Position numbers and translations under genes: made by a program | Notes under the pieces: generated by a model | What the model saw: only the letters and a program-made list of their open reading frames with translations | Database searches by the model: none | What the model was told of the DNA's origin: nothing | Assembly (NCBI GenBank): GCA_965112735.1 | Contig: OZ218962.1 | Span: 3,100,001-3,164,000 of the forward strand | Source: Phaeosaccion multiseriatum | Lineage: Eukaryota; Protista; Ochrophyta, other classes | Length of the DNA: 64,000 nt | Direction: 5' to 3' | In this document: positions 1 through 12,734 of the stretch, one piece after another | Layout of the letters: each line of letters opens with the position of its first letter | How positions within the stretch are numbered: position 1 is the stretch's first letter

Positions 1-351
1 GGGCCCCATCAAGGTGAGCTAGCTGCTGCTGTATCACCAACTGCGATATCACGACGGCTGCTGCTGCTGCTGCTACCGTATCACCAACTGCTGTATTCCC
101 GACTGCTGCCCATCGCGTTCACCTCCTTTGCTGCTCTGCTCTGCTCTGCTCTGCTCTGCTCTGCTCTTCGCCCCTCCTCGTACGTCTCCAATCTCCCTCC
201 TCCCCATATGCCTGCAACCCTCCCCAGGTGGGCTTTGTGCTGGCATCCCTGAGCAGTGGTGATGCCGTCACTCGTTCCTTTTGGAGAGTCGTGCGCAGCC
301 TGGACCCCTCCCTCTTCGCAGCCACGCTCTTCACCTTCCCCTACAGAGAAG

Positions 352-397
<46 letters not shown>

Positions 398-3300
398 ATG
401 TGTTTATGTGTTTATGTGTTTATGTGTGTGTGCGTGCAGCTCCTCCAACAGCTTCAGGCTCATCGTCCCTGACATACCCCTTCCCTTCCGTTCACGGTGC
501 CCTCACCCCCTCTCCCCTTCTTCTCCTCCCCTCCCTCTCTCCATCTCCCCCTCTCCCCTCTCCCTTCCTGCCTACATGCCTGCCTATATACCTGCCTATA
601 TGCCTGCAGATGGGTTGTACCTGCCCCCCTCGCCACCACCCGCCCATGTCAAGGTGGTGGTGCTGCCGTATATGAACATCGGGGCGGCACGGCAGCTCAT
701 CGGAAGGCAACAGATGGACGTCCTGCTGTGGTCAGACTGGTGCGTGCGTGCGTGTGTGAGGGAGGGAGAGGGTGACGCCACGCCACGCCACACACATGTA
801 GTCCGAAACGTTCGCTTCTGGCTGAAACCGCATTTGCTTTTGTTGCTACCTGTTCTCGTCTGCCCTATTTTCTCTCTTCTTCTCCCTTCTCTCTCTCCCT
901 CCCACCCACTCTCTCTCCCTGTCCTCTATCCCCCTTCCACCCTCTCTCTATCTCCCTCCCCCCCTACCCCACCCTTCCTCCCCTCCAGGCTGGAGACGGG
1001 CCCTTTCCTCCTCGCACACACACGTATGGCTCCCCTCCAGGGCGTGCTCTGGTCTACAGGCCTGCCCATATACCTACCGCATATGGACATACACCTCACC
1101 TCAGACCTCCTTCCGCGCCAACCCGGAAACCTCATTGATGTCCTCAATACTGCGAGTGGCCCTTCGTCTTTGGGCTCAGAGGACGATGCAGCAGATGGCG
1201 ACGATGGTCCGGAGGTTGTGTCTGTGAGGGGCCTTCCGTGGCTGCTGGAGGGAGTGGAGGGTACTCAGTGGGAAGGGCAGCAAGAAGGGCGGGAGGGGCA
1301 GGAGGGGGACGGGGAAGGGGAAGGGGACGATAGCAGAGGCAGCATGGAAGGGGACAGCGATGGGAACACCAGTGGTGATGGCAGCGCCACCACCACCACC
1401 ACCACCACCAGCAGCAGCAGCAGCAGCAGCCGCATCAGCAGCCGCGTCAGCAGCACCAACAACAGCTTCAGCAAGCAGCGTGAGGTGAAGGGTGCGAAGG
1501 GTGGGAGGGGTGGCAGCCCTCGATATGAGTACCATGGCCACTTGTTCTTCGAGCACCAGAGGCTCTATGTCGTGCCTCCCGTGCCCCCCGGGTACCTCTC
1601 CCCGGCCTTTGACGAGGCCATCAGCGGCATCCTCAAAAAGGATCCCGACGCGGAAATCGTGTATCTGAAGGAGTCGGATGGAGGAGGAGGAGGAGGAGGA
1701 GGAGGAGCAGGAGGAGGAGGAGGAAGAGGAGCAGCAGCAAGAGGGGGAGGAGGGTCGCTTCACGCTCACCTCCTCCTCCAGCGAAGAGAACGAGCAGAAG
1801 AGGCGAGGCGGAGGGGAGGAAAGCAAGGGTTTCGGAATGAAGGTGGTGATAGCAACGGAGACGATCGGGGCACCAGCAACGGCTCCTACCCCCCCGAGGG
1901 ACTGGAAGATGAGAAGGAGGACGAACATGATAGTAGTGGTGGAAGTGGTGGAAGTGGTGGAAGTGGTGGTGGTGGTGGCGGTGGTGGGGGCGTCCCGGGG
2001 GGTGCGACTCTGGCCTCCTGGCGGGTGCGCTTCTTCCCTCGGCCCCTCAACGCGTCGGAAACCTCGGAGCTGCTCACCATCGCACACGTGTTGCTCGATC
2101 CCTTCCCCAGGGGGGCAGGCGCCGCTGTGTACGAGCAGGTCTGTCTCTGTCTCTGTGTGTCTGTCACTATTGTCTGTCTTGTCTCTGTGTGTGTATGAGT
2201 ATATCCGTGTGTGCTTCTTGTCTGTCTTCGATGAGTGTTTGTCCGTCTCCTGACCTGCACCCTGACTGACCCTGCCCATACGCCTGTGCCTGCTCTACTG
2301 CCCATATGCCTGTGCCTACTCTACTGTCCACACGCTTGTGCCTGCTCTACTGCCCATATGCCTGCGCTTGCTTGCTCTACTGCCCATATACCTGCACCTG
2401 CTTTATTGCCCATGTGCCTGCACCTGCTCTACTGCCCATATACCTGTGCCTTCCCTCCGCCCTCTCTCTTTCGCTCTTCAGCTGCTTCTATCCCGGGTCC
2501 CCGTGGTGACTCTGAGCGGCGGCAGCAGCACCACCAGCACAAGCAGCACCAGCAGCACCAGCGATGGCAGTGGATGGGCGGCCCAGGAGGGAGGGCCTCC
2601 GGCGGCTGGTGTCAGGACTGGCCTGGCCGCGGGACTCTGCTTGTGGCTGGGCCTGGAGGATCTGTGCGCGGCGCAGAGCGTGGGGGACTACGTGAGTCTT
2701 GCCGTGGGGCAGAACAGAACCGAGTGGAGCGTCAGGCTGGATCAGGTCAGTCTAAGTCAGTGGAAGGCAGTGGGAGTGGGGAAGGCTACGGAGGGGTAGA
2801 GTAAGGGAGGGTATGATGGGAGGGGTGTGGACAAGGGCACCTACCATCAGCTACCATCAGCTACCATCAGCTACCATCAGCTACCATCAGCTACCATCAG
2901 CTACCATCAGCTACCATCAGCTACCATCAGCTACCATCAGCTACCATCTATTCAGAAGGGCGAGGAGAGTGTAGAGGGTGTTGGGGGGGGGCAAGCTGGG
3001 GTGTCTTGACTGTGCTTGTGTGGTCTTCCTCCTCGCTCATCGTCCACTGCCGTCCATCCACTGCCGTCCATCCACTGCCTTACGGCCACTTCTTCGTGCA
3101 TTGCCTACGACAAGGGCATTGCTCACTTGAAGGAAAGCGGTCCAGACTGGAGAGGGGAGGGGGCGAAGGAAGTGCAGGTTTATCTTCGGAGAGCGGTGAG
3201 AGGAAGGGGAGGGGCAGAAGGAGGCCACAAAGAGGAGAGCACTCAGGCGGGCATCAATGCGTCAGACGGGCAGCAATGCAGCGAGGGGGGGGGCACGGCA

Positions 3301-3402
3301 TCACGTGGGCAGCAATGCAGGAGAGAGGAGGGGATGGCAGTGGATGGGAGGGAGGAGGGCAGAGGGAGGTGGCGGAAGAAGCGGCGGAGGGGGGATGGCT
3401 GA
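1..3402 (+). CDS. 3' part of a multi-exon SPINDLY/O-GlcNAc transferase-like (GT41-type) glycosyltransferase
   Basis: Spliced reading gives PIK|VGFVLASL, LDVLLWSD-like, RMAPLQGVLWSTGLP, LLDPFPRGAG, VPVVTL and GLEDLCAAQSVGDYVSLAV, matching the SPY/OGT catalytic-domain pattern (RxAPvQ, LDxFP, GVPVVTL, GLxxLxAxsxxxYv). GT-AG introns, e.g. 14-227. The last exon (about 3115-3402) is tentative and the 5' end lies outside the window. Confidence 0.7.
2270..2450 (+). repeat. Degenerate ~26-bp intronic minisatellite (GCCTGTGCCTGCTCTACTGCCCATAT)
   Basis: About 6-7 imperfect tandem copies are visible. Confidence 0.75.
2841..2948 (+). repeat. 10-bp tandem repeat (CTACCATCAG)n
   Basis: About 11 perfect copies within an intron. 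Confidence 0.95.
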
Positions 3403-4649
3403 CGGAGGCAGGCAGGGACAGCAAAAGAGCGATAGACAAAGCCGGAGACAGATAGGTACAGCTAGAGCGTGACACACAAAGCCAGAGGCAGGGATGGCAG
3501 TGGATGGGAGGGAGAGAGAAGAGCACAGCCTCTCTAGTGAAGCCGCGCTGGAAGGAGAGAACAGAGCGCACGGGGCGGGCAGGTCTTTGGCCTTGCCCTA
3601 GAATGTCCTTCTGGACCTCGGCCATGATGGACACGGCCATGATGGACACGGCCATGATGGACACGGCCAGGGTGGGGGATAGCTAGTCTAAAGGGTAGCA
3701 GCAGAGGGTGCCCGCTGCCCGGCGAAGTTGCTGCTTTCTCGCCCTCCTCATCGAGGTCGCCGCTCTCTTGAGGCCTCAGCAGGGAGTCCTCACTCGGCGA
3801 GGGCGAGGCAGGCAGGGCATCCTAGGCAAGGCCGCCCGAAGCCTCGCCGCAGGAGGTCCCGAGGGGGTGTCTCGAGGGGATGTGGTCTCGCACTTGTCTC
3901 GACGTGCCTACCGAGGAGCGCCGCCCACCCGCAGCAGCCCCACCAACAGGTCAGTGCCTGGTGTCAGGAAGTCGGTCAGTGAAGCTACGGAGGGACGCGA
4001 GTGCCCTGCCTGCCCATCATAATATGCCTCTAGTTTCTCTCTCCCCCCCACTGCATTTCCTTGGCGCAGTGCGGCGAGTAGCGCTGGAGGGTGGTGGGGA
4101 TGGAGAGGGAGGTAGGAGGGCAAGATCCAGCGCAGGAGCAACTGAATCCGAGAGGGGAGAGGGATGAGCTTCAGTGAGGGCCGAGCGACAGCAGCGACGG
4201 AGAGGAGCGGCAAGGGGGAAAGCGGCACAGCTGTCGCAGGGGACAGGGAAGCTGAGCAATGGCAGAGTCGGGAGAGGTAGAGACAGCAACTACTTTCTAC
4301 ACAGAGGCACCTCTTAGCGTGTGTAATTTTTTTAAAAAAAGAATTCCAGTTTCATGTCTGCAAGAAGAAATTCCAGCTTTATGTGCTCTCTGCCACCACT
4401 TCCTTCGCTGCAACCACCAGATGTGGCTCTCGGAGCGAGAGCGCGCCTTTCTGGGCCGGCTCAACCGCGGCGTCGGACCTGTACTCCCTCTCCCCAGAAG
4501 AAGAAAGGAGAATTGAGAGACCAACCATCTGTGACCGGACACGGGTAGAATCCATCCCAGCCAGCGGAGGGGGGCTCGAGGGCCCCGGAGACAGAGAACA
4601 GGTGTGACAGACATCAACGAGATAATAACAGGCGCAACAGCGCAAAAAA

Positions 4650-6034
4650 ATGGAGAAGGGCGGTGCCGTTGAGGGCCCAAAACACCATGCTGTGCCTAGT
4701 GAAGGGCCCGCGGCTCTTCGAACTGTGGCGGGGCTCATTTCGAACAAAGCTCTGTGGGGAGTGTGCAAGGAGGTGGATGAGGTCACCTCCCGCACTTTGG
4801 TAATCAGCACCAACATGCCCAACGATGTCCAGCACCGCATCCTGCGTATGCTGGAGCGACAGCAGGGAAAGGATGAGAGAAGGGCCGCTTTTACTTCTTC
4901 ATCAGCAGCTGTGCTATCTACTGCTGCCTCTGCTGCTGGTGGTGATGGTTGTGAGGAACGCGATCTGGCGGAGGGGTTGCGAAGGAGGTCAGGGAGGAGT
5001 AGGGAAAAGCAGGAAGAGCAGCAGAAGCTTGGGCAGAGGCAGCGAAATGAGGCTGGACATCAAGGCGAGGGAGGCTTCTTTCACATCGTGGCTGTGGAGC
5101 TCGGCATCGGGAATTTCCAAAAATGGCTGGCTAACGCGCAAGTGTCTGCTGACAACGCTCTGGCAACGAAGGCACTGGCGCTGCTGCCAGCATCGGTCAA
5201 GCGGGTGCGTTTCTCTGACCACTTCAACCATGTCGACGTGTCTCTACCTGGCACACTCGAGGAGGTGGAATTTGGCCGGGGATTTAACGCATCCATCCAT
5301 CTCCCTGCCTCGCTCAAGAAGATCAAATTCGGCAAGAAGTTCAATCAGCACGTGGTTCTTCCTTGCGGTGTGGAGGAGGTGGATATGGGGAAATACTTTA
5401 ACCTCCCTCTGGAGCTGCCTGCCTCGCTCAAGAAGATCAAGTTTGGCTGGGAGTCACAGTTCAATCAGCAGCTGGACCTTCCTTGTGGAGTGGAGGAGGT
5501 GGTGATGGGGAATAGGTTCAACCTCCCTCTGGACCTCCCTGCCTCGCTGAAGAAGATCAAGTTTGGCAAGAACTTCAATCAGCACGCGGTTCTTCCTTGT
5601 GGTGTGGAGGAGGTGGAGATGGGGGAGGACTTTAACCTCCCTCTGGACCTCCCTGCTTCTCTGAAGAAGATCAGATTCGGCTGGGTGTATGTAAGTTCAA
5701 CCAGCACGTGGTCCTTCCTTGTGGTGTGGAGGAGGTGAATATGGGGAAACACTTTAACCTCCCTCTGGAGCTGCCTTCCTCGCTCAAGAAGATCAGATTT
5801 GGAGAGGAGTTTAATCAGCGCGTGGCCCTTCCTGACGGGGTGGAGGAGGTGGAGATGGGGCAGTGCTTTAACCTCCCACTGGACCTCCCTGCATCTCTGC
5901 GGACTCTCAAGCTGGGGCGGAATTACACCTGCCCTTTGGAGAGCCTACCTGCTGGCCTGAGGGAGTTCATGGGGGGAAGGAACTGCCCGCTGCCTGCAGA
6001 TCTACCCGAGGGGCTGCAGGTGATCCTCTGGTGA
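4650..6034 (+). pseudogene. Intronless FNIP-repeat protein with a possible degenerate N-terminal F-box, frameshifted at ~5690
   Basis: Alternating ~19-aa units FNQHVVLPCGVEEVxMG and FNLPLxLPASLKKIKFG. The repeats continue in a different frame in ORF 5708-6034. The junction ctgg-gtgtatgtaag-ttcaac has 11 nt where the paralogous repeat (gagtcacag) has 9. Confidence 0.75.
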
Positions 6035-6926
6035 GGAGGGATGATGCGACTCAGCTACATCGGAGGGGAACTCGAGGCTGAGAATGGAGGGTCAGGAGGG
6101 AGGCTGGGCAGGAGGGAGGGAGGAAGGAGATGTGCCTTGAGGGTGAAGCGCCAAGGTGCGTCAGGGTCAGGGTCGGAGACCTAGGGTCTTGGCAGGCTGA
6201 GAGTAAGGGTCGCCCTCATTCTCTTGTCGAGTCGAAGATGATTGGGCCTCTATACGAAAGGGACAGGGGGGGTCTGTGCTGCTCTCTCGCTGTTCTCGAA
6301 CTGGCCTACATGCCCACATGCCTCTCTTTCTGTTCACGCCCCCATCCCCCTGGGGGCGACGGCAGGAGCAACAGCACTGTACACCTCGCCACAGGGGGCC
6401 AAAGGGGGTACGGCAGCGGCAGAACCGCACCACGAGGCGTCATGGGTCAAGACCAGCGAGCGGAAGAACTCCTGCTGCTGCTGCTTGTCGTGATGGGGCT
6501 TTCAATTAACTCTGCTATTTATTAGCATGTAAATTTGATGAAGAGTGCGTTGGCGCACCCTCACACACACACCTTCCTTCCTCCGCCGTATTTTGTTTGC
6601 ACGAAGTGTGCCCCCCCCCCCTGTGGTTATGCTGTGGTACAATAAGGCCTCACCGCCCAAGGGATTTGCTGAGCCTTGTTGGGTAGCTTTGGACACCCCG
6701 CCCCCAATTCCAGGAGCGGGGGGAGGCGGGTTTCTTTTCAATTTTTCGCAGCACAGCGCGCCGCCAGGAGGAGTGTAGAGGAGGAGGAGCATAGAGGAGG
6801 AGAAGGAGGGGAGGTGTGGGAGCCGCAGAAGTCTGAACTTTGTTCCATGTTTTTTTTTATGAAGGTTTTGGCCTTGTGATAGAGGGGAAGTGTAGTTCCC
6901 GCCCCCCCCCCAACCTTGTCTTTCCA

Positions 6927-8330
6927 ATGGCGTCTGCCGCAGCAGCAGCAGCAGCGGTCAGTTTGGATGGTACCACGACCGAATGGACCGCTCGGGATGA
7001 CGAGATGCTCAAGGAGGCCGTTGAACGGGTGGGACAGGAGTGGAAAGCCGTATCGAGGGCTGTGCCTGGCAAGACGGAGATGCAGTGCTGTCATCGATGG
7101 CAGAACAAGTTCGGTCCGGGCCACAAGAACCCGTGGACGGCGGAGGAAGACAAGAAAGTGATAGCGCTGGTGCGTAAGGAGGGGCCGAAGAAATGGACTC
7201 AGGTAAAGTAACACACTGACAAGCCCAGTAAAACCCGCGGATACATGCCGTCAATTGGGCACGGCATTTGTGCTTGAACAAGCCTGCTGATGCGAGGGTT
7301 GCCCATAACGCCTTCAGAGTGTCGGGGATGGTGCTGTAGCACATCACCTATCAGGCTGCCGCCTCGATTGACAAGTGCAGACAGAGGAGGGAGCAATGGG
7401 GTTTGAAAATTGAACAAATCGAGCCACCGAGAAGAAACTCCACGCTGACGGCATGCCTGCCCAACCTGCCTGCCCACGCCCCGACCCTCCCTCACGCGTT
7501 GCATTGCTTAGGTGGCGACGGCCTTGCCTGGCCGGACGGCCAAGCAGTGCCGTGAGCGGTGGCACAACCACCTCGATCCACATATCACCAAGAGGCCGTG
7601 GACCGACGACGAGAACCACACAATCCTCTCGGTGCAGCAGGCGCGGGGCAACCGCTGGGCGGAGATGGCGCGGATACTGCATGGCCGGACGGACAACGCC
7701 ATCAAGAACCACTGGAACTCAAGCATGAAGCGCAAGGTAGGTGCCGTATGTGCTTCCGTGCGTGCGTGCGTGCGTGCGTGTGTGCCTTCGGGTATGGGAG
7801 GAGCAAGGCATCATCATCATCAGCAGTAGCAGCAGCAGCAGGCCTGATCATGTCTTGCCTTCCCTTTCCTCCTTGTCATGACTGACGCAGGTGGAGGCAG
7901 TGCTGGCGTCTGGCATGGACTACTCCAGCCCCGAGTGGGCGAGCCACGGCTTCAAGACGCAGCTGGAGTTGCTGCTGGCGGCTGTGCGGGGCTCCATCAG
8001 CATTCCCAAGCCCAAGGACGCCCTGAAGAAGGCCCGCGGACGGAAAGGTGAGTACTTGCGCCAGTACGTGCGAGTGTGTGTGCGTTCGTGCAGGAGCACA
8101 CGCACGAGATCTGTTTGGGTTGGGCATACAGAGGTGTTTTGTGTGATTCTGTGAGTCTCTGCAGAGTCTTCTTCCCAAGCACTCTGTGTGGTGTGTGATC
8201 GGTGGGCGCGTAGGAGTGGAAGGCAGTGGAAGGCGGTGGAAGTGGCAAACGCAAGTGAGTGCTAACACACGACACTTACGTTACAGGCAGCAATCGCAGC
8301 GCAGCCGCCTCCAGACAACACGCGCCCACG

Positions 8331-8363
<33 letters not shown>

Positions 8364-8829
8364 GGGTCGAGCCCCGGGGGGCGGACACCATCAACATCTA
8401 GCTTAGGGCTGCCCCGAGGGTGGGGCCCAGGGCCGGCGTCAGGATCCATGTTGGGAGCAGGAGCGGCGACGAGCGCTGGGGCGGGCTTATCGTCGAGCGC
8501 AGAAGAGCGGCCGTGGCCACAGCAAGGTGAGAGGGGACGGGAGTGGGATGGCAGTGGATGGCAGTGGTTACGAGGGGGAGCTGTAGCATCTGTCTCTGTC
8601 TTGGTGGCATTGTGTATTGCATACGTCAAGGGCAGCGGCACACTCCATCTAGTCAACTGTGGTGCTGACTTGATCCGACGATGGCCTGTCGTGTCTGTCT
8701 GCCTGCCCATATGCCGCAGGGTCGGCGGGGAAAAGGCCTCTGAGTGACCCTTTGGGCGAGGAGCAGCCCTCCAGCCTCTCCAACCCATCACAACCGCAGA
8801 AGAAGGCAGCAAAGACGGCGATGGTGTGA
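6927..8829 (+). CDS. R1R2R3-MYB (c-Myb-like) transcription factor
   Basis: Three Myb repeats: WTARDDEML...[16 protein letters not shown]...[13 protein letters not shown] and PWTDDEN...GNRWAEMA...[13 protein letters not shown]. Exons 6927-7202, 7512-7736, 7891-8047, 8287-8526 and 8720-8829, all with phase-compatible GT-AG introns. The last two exons are less certain. Confidence 0.9.
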
Positions 8830-9176
8830 CGCAAGAGGAGAGGGCCGAAAGGCTACCGACTCGCTGGAGCAGCGTTGGGAGGGAGAAGGAAGGGAGGCAA
8901 CGAACAGCATAAGGCCCCATTCACGCACACACTGACGCACGCACTGGCTGCGGACGGTGGGGCGGATTAGCAGAGCACGCACCAGAACTTTGGGAGGGGC
9001 CAGAGCAGACAAGCAGCTGCAGCAGCAGTTGCAGCAGCAGCAGCAGCGGCGGCGGCGGCAGCACGGGCAAGGCTTTTGGGGAAGTAAGTCCCCCCATATG
9101 ACTCGGGCACTCCCTCCTGAAGCTGTACTGCTGAACCACTGCTCGTGCTCCTGCTCTTGCTCCTGCTACTACTCGA

Positions 9177-9207
<31 letters not shown>

Positions 9208-10098
9208 TGAGAGCGCGGGCCCACAGGCGTGCAGCGCCGCTGAAGCAGCCGCAAACCCGGGGGGAAATGCCCGCTCCCCCCCTCCCTCCCCGGGTGCACA
9301 CGCCTGGGTTCGTTCGACCGACTCCTTCATGCAGTTTTGTTCAGGCCAGCGGCGAGCGTGCAGCAGCCGAGGAGCCTCCCTCCCCCCCTGCGGGAGAGGG
9401 CGAGTACGGAGTACCGGGGGGGGGGGAAGGCGAGGACCGACGGCCACAGCGAGCGATGACGGCGATGAGGGCGGGGCTTGGAGTGGTCCGTCCCAACCTG
9501 CCTCCCTCCCTCACAGCTCAGGGGTATTGGCATGGATATATTGGTGTTGATAGTGAGGTGACAGTAGCGGTGGCGTCACTCCAGCCGGGAGGGAGGGAGG
9601 AGGGAGACAGACAGTCTCCGCCTAAGGGCTAAATGCATTGATTGGCACAGCTGCAAGAGGGTGGCAGGGAGGCAGACGGGGAGGGAGGGAGTACGGCTCC
9701 CCATCAGAGGCATCGCATTGTCACGACTCCAGCATGGAGGGAGGGCGTCTCGCACAGCCCATCAGCGAGTAGGGTTTGAGGTGTCCTCGCCGCCTTCCTC
9801 TGAGGATAGGATAAGAGGATAGGATCAGAGGATAGGATAAGAGAATAGGATCAGAGGAATTATGCGTGAACGCCCCTAATCGCCCCTAATGCTACTGTGG
9901 TTGGCCTTTGCCATTCAACAGCACTGCAACGGCCCATCGCTTAAGTGCCCCCTCTTCCCCGAGGGGCGGTCGTGGACTTGGGTCTGAATAATTGGGCTCT
10001 TTTCCATGCGAGCTCCCACAGTCAGCGTTTGTTTACGCAGGGATTCTCTGAGCATATAGGGTTAGTCGATAGATAAGGAAGGAAGGAAGGAAGGAAGG

Positions 10099-11526
10099 AT
10101 GGGTGCCTGTGTATCGAAGATTATGGAGGCCATGCCGAAGCCTGTGCGCGTCGGTACGTGAAGAAAGAAGCAACCGCAAAGCAGAGCTTCAACCTGTTTT
10201 AAATGCGGCTTTCGTCATCGCTTTTACGCCATGCCCAGGGGACAAATGCCCGGACTTTACGCTGGACTCCACCAAGGGGAGGCTTTCCCTCTACGGGTAC
10301 ATGGCCGATCAGTGGATCGTCCTCTTCAGGTGGGTTGGAGACGAAGACTCCCAAGGTGTCAACCCCTGATACACTATCCGCTATCCGCTATCGCCGGCGC
10401 CAGCCGGCGCGAGCCGGCGCGCTAATTCGCTATCGGGCGGCGGCCGATAGCGCGTATATCGAGAATGTGGACGATAGTGTATCAGGGGTTGACCAAGGAG
10501 CTGATTGCGTTCCGCTACTGTCGCCTCTTGCTTCGCTCCTGCAGTCATCTGGGAGCCCTAACGCCTATCTGCACGACGGAAATAGCGGCTATGGAACGGG
10601 AGAAGAAGGAATATGCAGACCGAGGAGTGAAGCTCGCTGCCCTCACCTGCGACACCGCCGAACAGAACAATCAGTGGATTGAAGGTCGGAAGGGCATGAT
10701 GAGTCCACCAATGCACTCCCATCGCTTGCTGCTTGACTTCCCCCTTCCGCTGCCCCTTCCATGCCTCCTCCTGCCGCGCACACCCCAGACATTGTGCGCA
10801 CTCAGGAGGGGGTCTCGCAAATCTCCTTCCCCATCTTTGCAGACAGTAGCAGGGAGGTGAGTAAGCTGTACGGCATGCTGGACAGCGCCGAGGCTGCCAA
10901 GGGTGCGCTGCATCTCCCGCTCGACGCGCCGCGGAGCATTTCCATCTTCGTCATCGACGAGACCAAGACGCTGAGGCTCTCGCTGTCGTACCCGGTAAGT
11001 GGGAGAACCCTCTTCGATCCAGCCAGTGCTGCCAGCCAGTGGGAAGCAAACCTGATCGACGGGGAGCGAAGAGAAGAAGCAAACAAACCCTGCCTTTTGC
11101 CTCTGAAGGACCTTCTTTACCCCTTCCCTCTCCTTTGTACACCAGGCCTCCACGGGTCGCTCCTTGAGTGAAATCCTCCGAGCAGTCGACTCTCTGAAGC
11201 TGACATCCGCGGTCAACCTGGGGACTCCGGAAGGATGGACCCCCGGGGGCCCACTCGTGGTTCTCGCCGGTGAAACGGACGAGGAGGCCGCCAGCCGCCT
11301 CCCCAAAGTGAACGAAGTGCTTCCGTACCTGCGCCTGACCACGGACCCCAGAGAGAGCGGCGGCACCAACGTGGGAGCCGCCGCCACAACTACCGCCGCT
11401 CCTGGGCAGCAAGTCGGAGAAGGCGTGGCGGCGCCTGTAGCCACCGAGGCTTCAGCGCCGGCCCTGAAGACGTCTGCCGTGGCCACCGCTACGGAAGTCT
11501 CCACCGTCCCGGCTGCGGCGTCCTAG
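10099..11526 (+). CDS. 1-Cys peroxiredoxin (Prx6 family) with N-terminal MGACVSK
   Basis: Exons 10099-10153, 10239-10329, 10545-10684, 10789-10994 and 11146-11526 splice in frame. Motifs VGDKCPDF, FSHLGALTPICTTE (canonical FSHPxDFTPVCTTE), YPASTGR, EILRAVDSL, TPEGW and LPYLRLT. Confidence 0.9.
10359..10492. mobile_element. 134-bp MITE in peroxiredoxin intron 2 (hAT-like 8-bp TSD)
   Basis: Perfect 20-bp TIRs TCAACCCCTGATACACTATC (10359-10378) and GATAGTGTATCAGGGGTTGA (10473-10492). Flanks CCAAGGTG and CCAAGGAG match at 7/8. Confidence 0.8.
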
Positions 11527-12734
11527 ACGAGCAGCCCATGGGCACCTTTTGTTATTACTTATCGTAACAGGCACATACCTACCATTCTAGCTCAGCACAC
11601 GTAAGCCTCCCTCGCTCTCGATCGCTCGTGCCGACTTTCGACTTTCCCCAGCAGCAGAGCCAGTGCCGCTCTGCGTCCTTCTCGCGCTGCGCACACCGCG
11701 GTCTCGTTGGGACGATCTCAAGCAGTACTACTTTTTTCGACTTTAACAAGTGCATCAATTAATTGACAAGTGCATCTCTGTCGAAGATACTACACTCTAC
11801 ATTACGCTGTTAGTTCCAACAGCAAGCCTCACAGTTACTAGCTCCAATAGCAAAAAAAGGGGGGGGCGACGCCATATGCCTTGGCTCTGCTCAAAAGGCG
11901 CGTGGGCGCGTGCTGGGTGAAGCGTGCAGTATCCCAACTCCGGAGCCCCTCTGGGACCTTGGCAATGCTCTTGCTTCCTTCATCTTCCGCATCAATGCTG
12001 CTCTTACTACTCCTCCCCACCCTGCTGGCCGCTACTGCCCTCACTGCTGTATCACCAACTCGCCACTGCTTCTATCTGCTGCTGCTGCTGCTGCTGCTGC
12101 TCCTGCTTCGCCTCGGCCTCGGCCTCTGCCTGGAGAGTCATGACCTCGCTCTGGTTGTGGGCCTACCTACGGACCCACTAAAGCAGAACAGAGCCGAACT
12201 CGACACTGAACCCTTGCACGCACGCACGCACGCAAGCATTACGCAGCAGCCCGTTTTGCGATCCGGCCGTGTGCCTCGTGGCCCGTGTAGGCACATCAGC
12301 GATTATCCCCCCATACCCGGGGCCCTGGGGGGCGTCTCCTATCCACCGCGCGCAGTGCACTCCAGAGGTCAGCCACAGGGGGGGCCCATGCTCAACAGCA
12401 GTGCTTTGCTCCCTGGCAGGTGCACCAGCCGCCGAGTGGGCCAATGCCCATGGCAGTCTACGCGCAATTTCCGAATCGGCCTTGCCTCAAGCAGCGAGAC
12501 GGCTGAAGACTGGGCCCCTCTCCACTGACCTGCCTCCACCCTCCACAGCCATTCGTCAGCCAGCGATGGTGAATGCACTGCGGCCCCTCTGGAGCTGGCC
12601 CATGGCAAATCACTGGAGCTGGAACTGAAACTGCGTCCACACAAGGAGCGGAGACAGCGAGCGCAAGGCGTGGCGGTTCTAGAGTGGGCGGGAAGCCTAC
12701 TATCAGTACTGCTCCCGCGGTTGAGATTTGAGTT

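Noticed and set aside
3500-4600. Short ORFs between the glycosyltransferase and FNIP genes
   Set aside because: No recognisable motifs or consistent splice model; such ORFs are expected by chance at this GC content.
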